NCBI GenBank assembly: GCA_963804165.1
Contig: CAWDPO010000038.1
Coordinates: forward strand, 22,079 to 86,078
Length of the DNA: 64,000 bases
Origin: an uncultured delta proteobacterium
GTDB taxonomy: Bacteria; Desulfobacterota; Binatia; UBA9968
Direction of reading: 5' to 3'
Shown: in pieces, positions 32,808-44,872 of the stretch
How positions within the stretch are numbered: the first letter of the stretch is position 1
How the letters are laid out: every line of letters begins with the position of its first letter
Program-made: the position numbers and the translations under genes
Notes under the pieces: model-generated
What the model saw: the letters and a program-made list of their open reading frames with translations, nothing else
Told to the model about the DNA's origin: nothing
Databases searched by the model: none

Positions 32808-33787
32808 AGGCCGGGGAAATCCTAAAGCGCGCGGCCGACGTGCTGCGGATTGAGTCCAACGGGATCCTGTCGCTTATTGACCAGCTCGACGAAAATTTCG
32901 TTCGTGCCGTCGAGCTCCTGCGCGAATGTCGCGGTAAAGTCGTGGTTACGGGGATGGGTAAGTCGGGATTGATCTGCCGGAAGATTGCCGCGACTTTAGC
33001 CAGCACAGGCACTCCGGCTTTCTTTCTTCATTCAGGCGACGGCATGCACGGTGATCTCGGCATGGTGATGAAGGGCGACGCGATTCTCGCCGTGTCCAAT
33101 AGCGGTGAAACTGACGAGATCCTTAAGCTCCTGCCCCATTTCAAGCTGCATGGCCTTCAGGTGATCGTCATGACCGGCAATCCTGATTCGACTCTTGCCA
33201 AGGCAGGCGATGTGGTCCTTAACGTTGCTGTTACAGACGAGGCTTGTCCGCTGGGATTGGCGCCGACCGCCAGTACGACCGCGGCGCTAGCGATGGGTGA
33301 CGCTTTGGCAGTGGTCTTACTCGAAGAGAAGGGATTTAAGGAAGAGGACTTCGCGCTCAGGCATCCGGGGGGTATTTTGGGCCGCAAGCTGCTCTTAAGG
33401 GTCGAAGATTTGATGCATGGCGGCGAACAGCTTCCGCTTGTCAGGCAGGACACGCCCATGAAGGAAGCCCTTTTTGAAATTACCTCAAAACGGTTGGGCG
33501 TCACAGGTGTGACGGATGGGCAAGGTGATTTAATCGGCATTATAACCGACGGTGACTTGCGTCGCGGGTTGCAAACTCATGGCGACGGGATTTTTAGTAA
33601 AAGAGCCGTTGAAATCATGACCCGGCAGCCGCGCACCATCGAAAAAGATCTCTTGGCGGCTCAGGCGCTGGCGACGATGGAAGAAAATTCGCCGCGTCCC
33701 ATTACCTCCTTGTTTGTTCTTGAACGCGGCGCCGCAAGACCCATCGGCATCATTCATCTGCACGATATTCTCAAAGCCGGGATCTGA
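32804..33787 (+). CDS. kdsD: Arabinose 5-phosphate isomerase (KpsF/GutQ)
   Basis: GMGKSG SIS domain, APTASTT, HPGG.LG, CBS pair. Confidence 0.95.
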   Translation: MKAGEILKRAADVLRIESNGILSLIDQLDENFVRAVELLRECRGKVVVTGMGKSGLICRKIAATLASTGTPAFFLHSGDGMHGDLGMVMKGDAILAVSNSGETDEILKLLPHFKLHGLQVIVMTGNPDSTLAKAGDVVLNVAVTDEACPLGLAPTASTTAALAMGDALAVVLLEEKGFKEEDFALRHPGGILGRKLLLRVEDLMHGGEQLPLVRQDTPMKEALFEITSKRLGVTGVTDGQGDLIGIITDGDLRRGLQTHGDGIFSKRAVEIMTRQPRTIEKDLLAAQALATMEENSPRPITSLFVLERGAARPIGIIHLHDILKAGI

Positions 33788-33794
33788 CCCCTCT

Positions 33795-34328
33795 GTGAAG
33801 CGTATTTCTGCCAACGTTCGCGCTAAAGCGAAAAAGATACAGCTGCTTCTTTTGGATGTCGACGGCGTGTTGACTGACGGGCGGATCATCATCGATGAGC
33901 GCGGTGTGGAGACGAAACAGTTCCACGTTCGCGACGGTCAAGGGATCGCCTTGCTGCTACGGTCAGGAATCGAAGTCGGTTTCATTACTTCGCGTACTTC
34001 TGCGAGCGTACGCCATCGGGCAAAGGAATTGGGAGTACGGCTCGTCCGTCAGGGCGTGCAAGACAAACTGCGGGCTTATAACGAAATCAAGCGCGCCCGC
34101 GGTCTTAAAGACGCTCAGATCGCATACGTTGGCGACGACCTCGTAGACCTGGCGATTTTACGGCAGACCGGACTTGCCGTTTGCGTGGCGGATAGCTCAC
34201 GGGAGCTGGTAACAAATGTCGATCTAGTAACTGCCGCGCGAGGTGGCAGGGGAGCTGTTAGAGAGACCGCCGACTTACTACTTCATGCCCAAAATAAGTG
34301 GCCTGGCCTAAGGAGGCTATTCTTGTAA
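33795..34328 (+). CDS. kdsC: KDO 8-phosphate phosphatase
   Basis: DVDGVLTDG, YVGDDLVD, GGRGAVRE. Confidence 0.92.
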   Translation: MKRISANVRAKAKKIQLLLLDVDGVLTDGRIIIDERGVETKQFHVRDGQGIALLLRSGIEVGFITSRTSASVRHRAKELGVRLVRQGVQDKLRAYNEIKRARGLKDAQIAYVGDDLVDLAILRQTGLAVCVADSSRELVTNVDLVTAARGGRGAVRETADLLLHAQNKWPGLRRLFL

Positions 34329-34384
34329 CTTGCGATAACCTTACCCGTTTCATATTATTTTAAAGCAATTTTCGTGCCGATTCC

Positions 34385-34413
34385 TTTACAGAGCTGCGTA
34401 AGAGTGGTATTTT
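34385..34413 (+). promoter_or_regulatory. Candidate promoter upstream of lptC
   Basis: TTTACA-17 nt-TATTTT with extended TG. Confidence 0.4.
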
Positions 34414-34426
34414 TGCACATAACTAG

Positions 34427-35062
34427 TTGGTTCAAATGCGTAGAGTCCGCCGCTCAATATTATTACTCGCCATAATTCTTTCCTTAGGCGGGGTAGCGTT
34501 TAAGGTCACGGAAATCGTTCGGCGCGTGCATAAGGAAACGAAAACAAACCCGATTAAGGTTTTGGATTACCTGCCGGAATCAGCCCTTAGCTTAAAAGAC
34601 TTTCATCGTGCGAAAATCGAAAACGGCCGCAAAGTGTGGGAGCTGTTTGGCGAGGAGGCGAATTATTTTAAGGAGCAAAGAGAAGCGGTCGTCAAGAAAC
34701 CACGGTTTCACTATTACGATAAAAAGGGAGAGTTGGCGGAAACCACCGCCGATCAGGCTTTAATTTACCTCAACGAAAGGGAACTCGAAAAAATGGAGCT
34801 TCGTGGCGGGATACAAGTTACCTTTCAGGGTTATGTGCTTAAATCGGCAGAAGCCAACTACCTGCCGGCGAAGGACCAGATTGTCCTGCCGACCCACACG
34901 ACCGTGGTCGGAGATGGGATTGAGGTGGAAGGTTCGCGTATGGAAGTAGACTTGGAGCCTAAGAAGATTCGTCTTGTGAACGCCGTGAAGACCAAGATCG
35001 AGCCGGAAAAGTTGGCCAAAAAAAAGAATGGTGCTGGCTCGAAGCCGCGGATCGGGGGATAA
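34427..35062 (+). CDS. lptC: LPS export protein LptC
   Basis: N-terminal TM plus beta-rich domain; sits between kdsC and lptA/lptB. Confidence 0.75.
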   Translation: MVQMRRVRRSILLLAIILSLGGVAFKVTEIVRRVHKETKTNPIKVLDYLPESALSLKDFHRAKIENGRKVWELFGEEANYFKEQREAVVKKPRFHYYDKKGELAETTADQALIYLNERELEKMELRGGIQVTFQGYVLKSAEANYLPAKDQIVLPTHTTVVGDGIEVEGSRMEVDLEPKKIRLVNAVKTKIEPEKLAKKKNGAGSKPRIGG

Positions 35063-35066
35063 TGTA

Positions 35067-35624
35067 ATGCGTGTGCCTGTGGGGCTCTTGTTGCTTGCGT
35101 TTTTGATTCTGACTGTTCCAGTTGGGGTGAGCGGGGGCGCCGCGCCGGCAAAGGATGAAAACAAAAAAGGCTCCTCGGCATTTGAATTCAACAAGAAGGA
35201 CCCGATCTATATCACGTCGGATTGGATGGAGTTCGATCAAACCAAAAATACCATCACGTATAAGGGACGCGTCGTTGCGATTCAAACTGACATGACCATG
35301 CGCAGCGAAACATTGACCGCCTTCTATGACGCCGAGACGAAGCAGATGAAACAGATTGTCGCCGAGGGAAAAGTGAACGCCACACAGGGCAATCGAATCG
35401 CTACGGGCGAAAAGGCTGTGTTTGACGACAAGACGAAGACCGTGACTCTCACCGGAAGCCCGGTCATGCGCCAAGGAAACAGTCAGATGAGCGGCGTGAA
35501 GGTCATCTTCTATACGGAACAAGAGAAGGCTGTTGTTGAAGGCGCTGGCGACGTCAGAGTCAAGGCCGTTATCTTTCCAGAAGAGTTGAAGAACAAGGAG
35601 CAGGGGGATGCTCAGCAGAAATGA
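35067..35624 (+). CDS. lptA: LPS transport periplasmic protein LptA
   Basis: Signal peptide; PIYITSD, IVAEGKV, LTGSP.MRQG OstA-like motifs; synteny. Confidence 0.85.
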   Translation: MRVPVGLLLLAFLILTVPVGVSGGAAPAKDENKKGSSAFEFNKKDPIYITSDWMEFDQTKNTITYKGRVVAIQTDMTMRSETLTAFYDAETKQMKQIVAEGKVNATQGNRIATGEKAVFDDKTKTVTLTGSPVMRQGNSQMSGVKVIFYTEQEKAVVEGAGDVRVKAVIFPEELKNKEQGDAQQK

Positions 35625-36343
35625 GCGTCCTCAAAGCCGTGTCCGTGGCCAAGTCGTACGGCGGACGGCGGGTTGTAAACGGTATTCATTTGGAAGTGCG
35701 GGGGGGCGAGGTCGTCGGTTTGTTAGGTCCTAACGGTGCCGGCAAGACGACCACATTTCATATCCTTGTGGGTTTGGTTCAGCCCGATGAAGGTCGCGTT
35801 TTCATGAATGACGAAGATTTCACTGAGGCGCCAATTTATCAAAGAGCGAGAGCCGGGATGAGCTACCTTCCCCAAGAATCGTCGGTCTTCCGCCAACTCT
35901 CGGTGGAAGATAATTTGCGGGCGATCCTTCAGACGCTTGATTTGAATGCTTCGGAGCAACAGGAACGCGCCGCGGCACTGATGAAGATGCTCGGTATCGA
36001 CCACTTGGCTACACACAAGGCTTTCACGCTTTCGGGCGGAGAACGGCGCAGAGTCGAAATCGCTCGGGCACTGGTCCTTGCGCCGTTCTTTTTGCTCCTC
36101 GATGAGCCGTTTACGGGAATCGACCCGATTGCCGTCGCTGAAATCCAAAAGATCGTCCGCCGCCTGATTAGCAGCGGCATCGGCATTTTGATCACGGACC
36201 ACAATGTTCGGGAAACGTTGGGAATCTGCGACCGGGCTTATATCGTGAACGAAGGAACGATACTCGAAGAGGGCACGCCTGAGACGATTGCAGCGAGCGC
36301 AAAGGCGCGCAAATTTTATTTGGGAGAAGGCTTTAAGTTCTAA
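35621..36343 (+). CDS. lptB: LPS export ABC ATPase
   Basis: GPNGAGKTT, YLPQESSVFR, LSGGERRRVE, ITDHNVRETL. Confidence 0.96.
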   Translation: MSVLKAVSVAKSYGGRRVVNGIHLEVRGGEVVGLLGPNGAGKTTTFHILVGLVQPDEGRVFMNDEDFTEAPIYQRARAGMSYLPQESSVFRQLSVEDNLRAILQTLDLNASEQQERAAALMKMLGIDHLATHKAFTLSGGERRRVEIARALVLAPFFLLLDEPFTGIDPIAVAEIQKIVRRLISSGIGILITDHNVRETLGICDRAYIVNEGTILEEGTPETIAASAKARKFYLGEGFKF

Positions 36344-36345
36344 AT

Positions 36346-37824
36346 ATGGCTCTTGAGATACGACAAGTTCAAAAGCTGACCCAGCAGCTCGTTATGACGC
36401 CGCAGTTGCAGCAAGCCATCAAGTTGCTGCAGCTGTCCCGGTTAGAACTGGAAGAGATGGTGGTCAAGGAGCTCCAGGAAAATCCCGCTCTGGAAGAAGG
36501 ACCCGCAGAGGAAGCCGAGAGCGGGGGTGAGCCGCCGCGACCCGAAACAGCCTTAAGCGCGCCCGATGATTCTTCGGAACTGGTGCTTAACCGGGAGCTC
36601 TCCGCCGTAGATAAGATCGGCACTTTGGATTGGCAGGAGTATCTTGATACCCACTCTAACTCGATTCACGGTTCCCTCACCGCCGAAGCCACTTCGGAAG
36701 ACGGGGACTCGCCGCCGTCGTGGGAAAATAGCCTGACCAAAAAGACAACCTTGGAAGACCATTTGATCTGGCAGCTTCGACTTTCGAAGATCACCGAGGA
36801 GGAATCGAATATCGGCCTCTATGTGATTCAGAATCTCGACGAGAACGGTTACCTGGTGCTGAGTCGAGAGGAGATTTGCAACGCTACGGGAAGGACCCCG
36901 GAGGAGGTCGAAGCGGTTCTCACGCGCATCCACTTTTTCGATCCGGTCGGGGTGGCGGCGCAGGATCTACGCGAATGCCTCTTGATTCAGCTTGAAAACC
37001 TGCGTCTCAGCGATAGTCTGGCAGCAAAAATTATCGCCAATTATTTGCATTTTCTCGAATCCAAACGTTACGAAAAGCTGGCCAAGGATTTAGGTGTTAC
37101 GATCGATGAAATCGCCGAGGCCTCTCATCTCATTGCCACCCTCGAGCCCAAGCCGTCGCGCGGCTTCGAGCAGGACGAGGTCAGGACGGTATTGCCTGAT
37201 GTTTTCGTCGAGAAAGTCGGCGACGAATATGTCATTTTTTTGAACGATGACGGCGTGCCGCGGTTGCGCGTCAATTCGCTCTATCGACGCCTGGCTGGCC
37301 AGGAAGGAGCGGCGGAAGAACAGGCGCGCCAATATCTCCAAGAAAAAGTTCGCGCCGCTCACTGGCTGATCAAGAGCATCCAACAGCGCCAGCAGACGCT
37401 ATTTCGTGTCACCCAGAGCATCTTCAAGTTTCAACAGGAATTTCTCGACCATGGGGTGAGCACTCTCAAGCCGATGGTGCTGCGCGACGTCGCCGAAGAT
37501 ATCGATATGCACGAATCGACGGTGAGCCGCGCCACGGCCAATAAGTATGTCCATACGCCGCAGGGCCTCTACGAACTCAAGTTTTTTTTCCAGAGTGGTT
37601 TGCGCGGTGGCAACGGCGAAGACGTCGCGAGCGAAAGCGTCAAGGAGAAAATCCGCGGAATTATCGCGGCGGAGGATCAACGCAAACCGTACAGCGATCA
37701 ACATATCGCGGCGATGTTGTCGACGGACTCAATTGAGATCGCCCGGCGTACTGTGGCCAAGTATCGCGAAGCCATGGGTATTCTCCCTTCCTCAAAACGC
37801 AGACAACCGTTCCTCCGCAAATAA
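36346..37824 (+). CDS. rpoN: RNA polymerase sigma-54 factor
   Basis: MTPQLQQAIKLLQ, HESTVSRAT, RpoN box ARRTVAKYRE. Confidence 0.98.
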   Translation: MALEIRQVQKLTQQLVMTPQLQQAIKLLQLSRLELEEMVVKELQENPALEEGPAEEAESGGEPPRPETALSAPDDSSELVLNRELSAVDKIGTLDWQEYLDTHSNSIHGSLTAEATSEDGDSPPSWENSLTKKTTLEDHLIWQLRLSKITEEESNIGLYVIQNLDENGYLVLSREEICNATGRTPEEVEAVLTRIHFFDPVGVAAQDLRECLLIQLENLRLSDSLAAKIIANYLHFLESKRYEKLAKDLGVTIDEIAEASHLIATLEPKPSRGFEQDEVRTVLPDVFVEKVGDEYVIFLNDDGVPRLRVNSLYRRLAGQEGAAEEQARQYLQEKVRAAHWLIKSIQQRQQTLFRVTQSIFKFQQEFLDHGVSTLKPMVLRDVAEDIDMHESTVSRATANKYVHTPQGLYELKFFFQSGLRGGNGEDVASESVKEKIRGIIAAEDQRKPYSDQHIAAMLSTDSIEIARRTVAKYREAMGILPSSKRRQPFLRK

Positions 37825-37848
37825 TTTTCCAAGACATGGGTCGAGACG

Positions 37849-38166
37849 ATGAGCGAGATCAAGGTTTCGGTAACTTTTCGTCACACGCGGCCCACGGAGG
37901 CGTTGAAGCGCTACGCCGAGCAAAAAATTCACCGCATCGGAAAGTATTTTTCTCGTCCTCTGGATGCCCACGTGATCCTCGCGGTAGATGCGAAAGAACG
38001 TCAAATCGCGGAGGTCGAGCTGCACGCGCACGGCACGATGATCCTCGGCAAAGAACAGCATCAAGATCTATACGCCGCAATCGATCTGGCGATCGATAAA
38101 ATTGAGCGTCAAATCAAAAAACAAAAGGAAAAAACCAAGGTTCAGAGAAGAAGGTCACACGCGTGA
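37849..38166 (+). CDS. hpf: Ribosome hibernation promoting factor (short form)
   Basis: TFRH...TEALKRY, DLYAAIDLAIDKIERQ; directly after rpoN. Confidence 0.9.
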   Translation: MSEIKVSVTFRHTRPTEALKRYAEQKIHRIGKYFSRPLDAHVILAVDAKERQIAEVELHAHGTMILGKEQHQDLYAAIDLAIDKIERQIKKQKEKTKVQRRRSHA

Positions 38167-38624
38167 AAATTACCGATTTCCTCAACGCCGAAGCGATCAT
38201 TCCAGCCCTCGAAAGCAAGGAAAAAAATGCCGCCCTCGAAGAAATGGCCGGCTGGTTAGCGTCCAATCATCATCCCTTAGAAAAGAAACAGGTTCTCGAC
38301 GTGCTCCTCGAGCGAGAAAGGATCAGTACCACGGCGATCGGCGAAGGCGTCGCAATTCCCCACGGTAAGCTTCCCGGAGTGGAGCGAGTGCTGGGAGTTT
38401 TCGCGCGCAGTCCCGAGGGAGTCGATTTCGCTTCGTTAGACGGCGCGCCGACGCATTTGTTTTTCGTGCTGATCGCCCCTGAAAACGCCGCGGCAGACCA
38501 CTTAAAGGCTTTGGCGCGGATTTCTCGGCTGCTCAAAGACGAAATCTTTCGACGCCGCCTCATGGCTGGACGGTCGAGCCAGGAACTTTACGCGATCATC
38601 TCAGAAGAGGACGACAAGTTTTGA
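38163..38624 (+). CDS. ptsN: PTS EIIA(Ntr)-type protein
   Basis: RERISTTAIGEGVAIPHG, HLKALARISR. Confidence 0.9.
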   Translation: MKITDFLNAEAIIPALESKEKNAALEEMAGWLASNHHPLEKKQVLDVLLERERISTTAIGEGVAIPHGKLPGVERVLGVFARSPEGVDFASLDGAPTHLFFVLIAPENAAADHLKALARISRLLKDEIFRRRLMAGRSSQELYAIISEEDDKF

Positions 38625-39497
38625 TTGCCTATGGCCGACGGCTTGGACATTATTATTATCACCGGCCTTTCGGGGTCAGGACGAAGCTTTGCGATCCGCG
38701 CTCTCGAAGATAACGGCTTTTTCTGCGTCGACAATCTTCCCGCGCTACTGATCCCGAGATTCATTGATCTCTGTCACGGCTACCAAGAGGAAATCAGGCG
38801 CATTGCGCTCGGCGTCGATCTACGCGGCAGCCGGTTCCTGCAGGCGCTACCCCAGGTTCTTACCGACGTGCGCGCTGCGGGTCACCACGTTCAGGTTTTG
38901 TTTTTCGATGCATCGGACGAGGTGTTGTTGCGCCGCTTCAGTGAAACGCGCCGGCCGCATCCGCTGGCCGGCCAAGGTTCGATCTTGGACGGTATTTCGC
39001 GCGAACGAAAAGCGCTGGAACCGATCCGCGCCATGGCCGACAAAGTCATTGACACGAGCGATTTCAATGTGCACCAGCTCAAAACCGAAATGGAGCAGCA
39101 TTTTTGCCAAGCGCCGCAGGCGCGCCGTATGGCGCTGTTCTTCACTTCCTTTGGTTACAAGTATGGCATTCCGCATGACACGGACATGATCCTCGACGTG
39201 CGATTTTTGCCGAATCCGTATTTCGTCAACGAGCTGCGTCCCAAGACTGGACTCGATCCGGAGGTCCGCGACTTCGTGCTGCGTGACCAAGAAACCCGAG
39301 CGTATCTTGATCGGTTGTACGCGTTGCTCGAGTTTACCTTGCCGCTCTACGAGCGCGAAGGCAAAAGCAGTCTCACTCTGGCTCTGGGATGCACCGGTGG
39401 CCGACATCGTTCCGTTGTCCTGGTGGAAGAATTACAACAAAGACTTGGCGATGGAGATTTTCGCGTTCACATCAAGCACCGTGACATCGACAAATGA
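38625..39497 (+). CDS. rapZ: RNase adapter RapZ (YvcJ family P-loop NTPase)
   Basis: TGLSGSG, ETRRPHP, SFGYKYG, DVRFLPNP, GCTGGRHRSV. Confidence 0.95.
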   Translation: MPMADGLDIIIITGLSGSGRSFAIRALEDNGFFCVDNLPALLIPRFIDLCHGYQEEIRRIALGVDLRGSRFLQALPQVLTDVRAAGHHVQVLFFDASDEVLLRRFSETRRPHPLAGQGSILDGISRERKALEPIRAMADKVIDTSDFNVHQLKTEMEQHFCQAPQARRMALFFTSFGYKYGIPHDTDMILDVRFLPNPYFVNELRPKTGLDPEVRDFVLRDQETRAYLDRLYALLEFTLPLYEREGKSSLTLALGCTGGRHRSVVLVEELQQRLGDGDFRVHIKHRDIDK

Positions 39498-39501
39498 CCC
39501 C

Positions 39502-39777
39502 ATGAGCAAAGTCGTCAAAAGAATCGAAATCAAAAACAAGCTTGGGTTGCACGCGCGCGCGGCAGCATTGTTGGTACAAACGGTTAACAAGTTCTCTGCC
39601 CAGGTCAATTTTACCAAGGATGGCCAGACCACCGACGGAAGAAGTATCATGGGAGTGCTCACGTTGGCCGGCACTCAAGGCAGCAAAATTCAAGTAGAAG
39701 CGAACGGCGAGGACGCGGAGCGCGCCGTCAAGGCGATCGAAAAGCTCATCGATAATCGCTTCAACGAAAACGAGTAA
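39502..39777 (+). CDS. ptsH: Phosphocarrier protein HPr
   Basis: NKLGLHARAA (His15) and GRSIMG (Ser46) motifs. Confidence 0.93.
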   Translation: MSKVVKRIEIKNKLGLHARAAALLVQTVNKFSAQVNFTKDGQTTDGRSIMGVLTLAGTQGSKIQVEANGEDAERAVKAIEKLIDNRFNENE

Positions 39778-39853
39778 GGTTGATTACGCCCATCCTATTC
39801 GCTATACAAGATGGATTAAAATTTCGTTTTCTTAACTCTCTGGAGGTCGTCTC

Positions 39854-42330
<2,477 letters not shown>

Positions 42331-42353
42331 TTCGTAAATTCCGTTTATTCCTG

Positions 42354-42392
42354 AAGGCTTCGGAGGTCGATCACTTCCGAAGCCTTTTTATT
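42354..42392 (+). terminator. Intrinsic terminator after ahcY
   Basis: AAGGCTTCGGA / TCCGAAGCCTT stem followed by a T-rich tract. Confidence 0.8.
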
Positions 42393-42497
42393 GGCAGCGC
42401 TTGACTGGTCGATCTTTCAAGCTTGACGGCGCGCTGGCCGAGGGATTAATACTGATTTCAGGAGCGCAATTCGCAAATCCTTTCCAAGGAGCCTTCT

Positions 42498-43082
42498 ATG
42501 TCTCATTCTCCGTTGCAAAAGTTTATCGAGGCTACGCGCGCGCTATTTGCGGCTGAATCCGACCCGGCCAAACGTTGGCAGAGGATGCCGCCTTTGCTTC
42601 AGGAGTTGCTGGCGAGTCCGGCGATTCGAGAGCAATCGAAAAGCTGGCCCGATTGCTCGCAAGGGAGCGAGCGGGCGGAAAATTTACTCTTCTACGAGGA
42701 TCCTGATTACAAGTTTGTGATCAACGGCCTGATCAAAGCACCAAAAACCAGAACGCAGATCCACGACCACGCGCATAATTGGACGCTGTATGGAGTTCTC
42801 GACGGGACGGAGACCATCGAGCGCTATGAACGCACGGATGATCGCTCCGACCCGGACTACGCCGACATTCGGAAAACCGTGAACGTGCAAGTTGGCGCCG
42901 GTAAAATCGATCTGGTTCCGCCCTACGAAATCCACGCCGAAGAAAGCGGCCAAGAACGTACCGTTGCGATTATCGTCCGGGCGGAAAAAGCGGGAACCTT
43001 TCTCCAAGGTCGCTACGATCCAGCGACGAAGAAGTACTGGCAAGGATACGGCCCGAAACAACTTCCCTACCAATTAAAGTAG
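42498..43082 (+). CDS. Cysteine/thiol dioxygenase-like cupin
   Basis: LLFYEDPD, IHDH..W..YGVL.G.E...Y and a later IH give a three-His site. Confidence 0.75.
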   Translation: MSHSPLQKFIEATRALFAAESDPAKRWQRMPPLLQELLASPAIREQSKSWPDCSQGSERAENLLFYEDPDYKFVINGLIKAPKTRTQIHDHAHNWTLYGVLDGTETIERYERTDDRSDPDYADIRKTVNVQVGAGKIDLVPPYEIHAEESGQERTVAIIVRAEKAGTFLQGRYDPATKKYWQGYGPKQLPYQLK

Positions 43083-43107
43083 GGGCAGGTTCAAAACCTG
43101 CTCCTAC
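43079..43107. repeat. GTAG-type REP palindrome
   Basis: GTAGGGGCAGGTT-CAA-AACCTGCTCCTAC; its TAG is the stop codon of the upstream gene. Confidence 0.75.
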
Positions 43108-43139
43108 GCTGCATTTGATCAATTGCACGGAGAGTCTTT

Positions 43140-44855
43140 GTGGCGACTTTGACAAGTAGCGGCAAACCCCGCATCGCAGTTTTTTCCGGTCCAACGGCAA
43201 CGATCCAAAACACCGAGCCGCTGGTGACCAGCAACAAGGCGCGCGAAAAATATGGCTTGCCGCCGCGAACGACCGCAGACGGTTCGCCGATGCGTTTCGA
43301 TGTTCTGCGCCCGCAGCGCTTGGCGGCACCGGTAACCGTTTACGTCGAACAATTTAGCGCGCACCCCTTGGAGCGCGATTTCGGCGAGCTTTACGCGCCC
43401 TCTGATGGTTATCTCGACGGCGCCGGTGTGTTTCACAAACAGCGCACGAGTCCGAACGATAAGCCGGTGTATGAAGTGACGTTGAAACCAGAAGACGGAC
43501 TTTATCCACTGCCGTACATGGCGCGACAAGCGAACGGGCAGGCCTGGGAGATGGACGGGACTGAAAAGAATGTGCCCGGCGAACGTTGCCGCGTGCCGTT
43601 TTTCCCCGACGGCTCGCGGCTCTTCGAAGAGATCGATCGCCTGGGAGTTTCAGACGAAGGCATTGGTTCTCTGCTCACGGCCAAGGCTGAATTCGATTTT
43701 TACCGAGCGCTGCCGTCAGGCGGTTACACCAAGGGGCGAAGCGCCGGCGAGCGAACCGATATCGGCGATGGCGATATTGCGCCGGAAAAGCGCGGCGTCG
43801 ATTTCTTTCCTTATCGTCCGGGTTACTTGCGCAAAGAGCCGCCGATGGCCGCGCTGGCGCGAGTGACCAACGTCGTTCAGCGGGCTCTCGGCAGCGGTAA
43901 ATACTTGGGTGCGATTTGGCTCGAAGGCAGCCCGTTTGTCGAAGAAACGACTTACTGGCTCAATCTTTTGATCGATACGATCGTGCCGATCGCCGGTAAT
44001 TCTTCTCAGCGACCGCACGGCGCCATCGCCAATGACGGCGATCGGAATATCGTCGATTCCGTCGATTACATTGCCTCGCGGATCTGGGCCGATGAAAGCG
44101 GCAAGGATTGCATCGGCGCCGTGGCCATCCTCGACGAACAAATTTTTACCTCACGCGATGTACAGAAAGCCGATGCGCGGCCGGGCGGCTACGTCGCCAC
44201 TGGGGGGCATGGCGGCATCATTGGACGCATAGGTCATCCTGGTGCGCCGCAGTTTTCTTTCAAGCCGGTCAAACGACATACGCACAATTCAACGGTGAAT
44301 TTGACGCGGTTGCCGCGTGAAGTTCAAGGTTCAAGGGTTCAAGGTTCAAAGGTCGGAACGGTTGCCGTCACGATCAAAGATTCGGACGGCAATTTACTTT
44401 CGACGGCTATTCCAAAAGTAACCATCGTCAAGCATGCGCGCTATTTGCCGGAAGATACCTCGGGAGAGGCGAGCAGCGAAGTCGACATCCTAGCGCGTAT
44501 GGAGAATAATCTTCGCAGCGCGCCGCTGGCAGGCTTCGTCGCCGAAGGATCGGCGCCGTTCGGCGCTATGAGCAATTCGGTCGATGCCGCGCTCAAACGC
44601 GCCACCTTCAGCGGTATTCCCATCGTTAAAGTCGGCCGCGGCAATGCTGGCGGATTTGTCGATCCGACCCGCGATCCACTGGCGATTGCGGGCAGCAATT
44701 TGACCGCCACCAAAGCGCGGTTGTTGCTGATGGCATGCTTGATGAAGCTGGGCTGTTTGCCGCCGGCTGCCGATCCGGCAAAGCCGACGGCCGCAGAAAC
44801 CGAAGCGACGAAAACGAAGCTGAAAGAGTATCAAGCGATTTTCGATACGCATTGA
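43140..44855 (+). CDS. Divergent asparaginase-domain protein
   Basis: IAVFSGPTATI (cf. TGGTI), WLEGSPFVEETTYWL (cf. HGTDTLEETAY.L), RDVQK, NLTATKARLLL. Confidence 0.7.
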   Translation: MATLTSSGKPRIAVFSGPTATIQNTEPLVTSNKAREKYGLPPRTTADGSPMRFDVLRPQRLAAPVTVYVEQFSAHPLERDFGELYAPSDGYLDGAGVFHKQRTSPNDKPVYEVTLKPEDGLYPLPYMARQANGQAWEMDGTEKNVPGERCRVPFFPDGSRLFEEIDRLGVSDEGIGSLLTAKAEFDFYRALPSGGYTKGRSAGERTDIGDGDIAPEKRGVDFFPYRPGYLRKEPPMAALARVTNVVQRALGSGKYLGAIWLEGSPFVEETTYWLNLLIDTIVPIAGNSSQRPHGAIANDGDRNIVDSVDYIASRIWADESGKDCIGAVAILDEQIFTSRDVQKADARPGGYVATGGHGGIIGRIGHPGAPQFSFKPVKRHTHNSTVNLTRLPREVQGSRVQGSKVGTVAVTIKDSDGNLLSTAIPKVTIVKHARYLPEDTSGEASSEVDILARMENNLRSAPLAGFVAEGSAPFGAMSNSVDAALKRATFSGIPIVKVGRGNAGGFVDPTRDPLAIAGSNLTATKARLLLMACLMKLGCLPPAADPAKPTAAETEATKTKLKEYQAIFDTH

Positions 44856-44872
44856 AATTCGGAGGATCTGTT

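Noticed and set aside
39778-39853. SAM riboswitch before metK
   Set aside because: The spacer is only about 75 nt, is largely taken up by a plausible promoter and RBS, and shows no recognisable aptamer.
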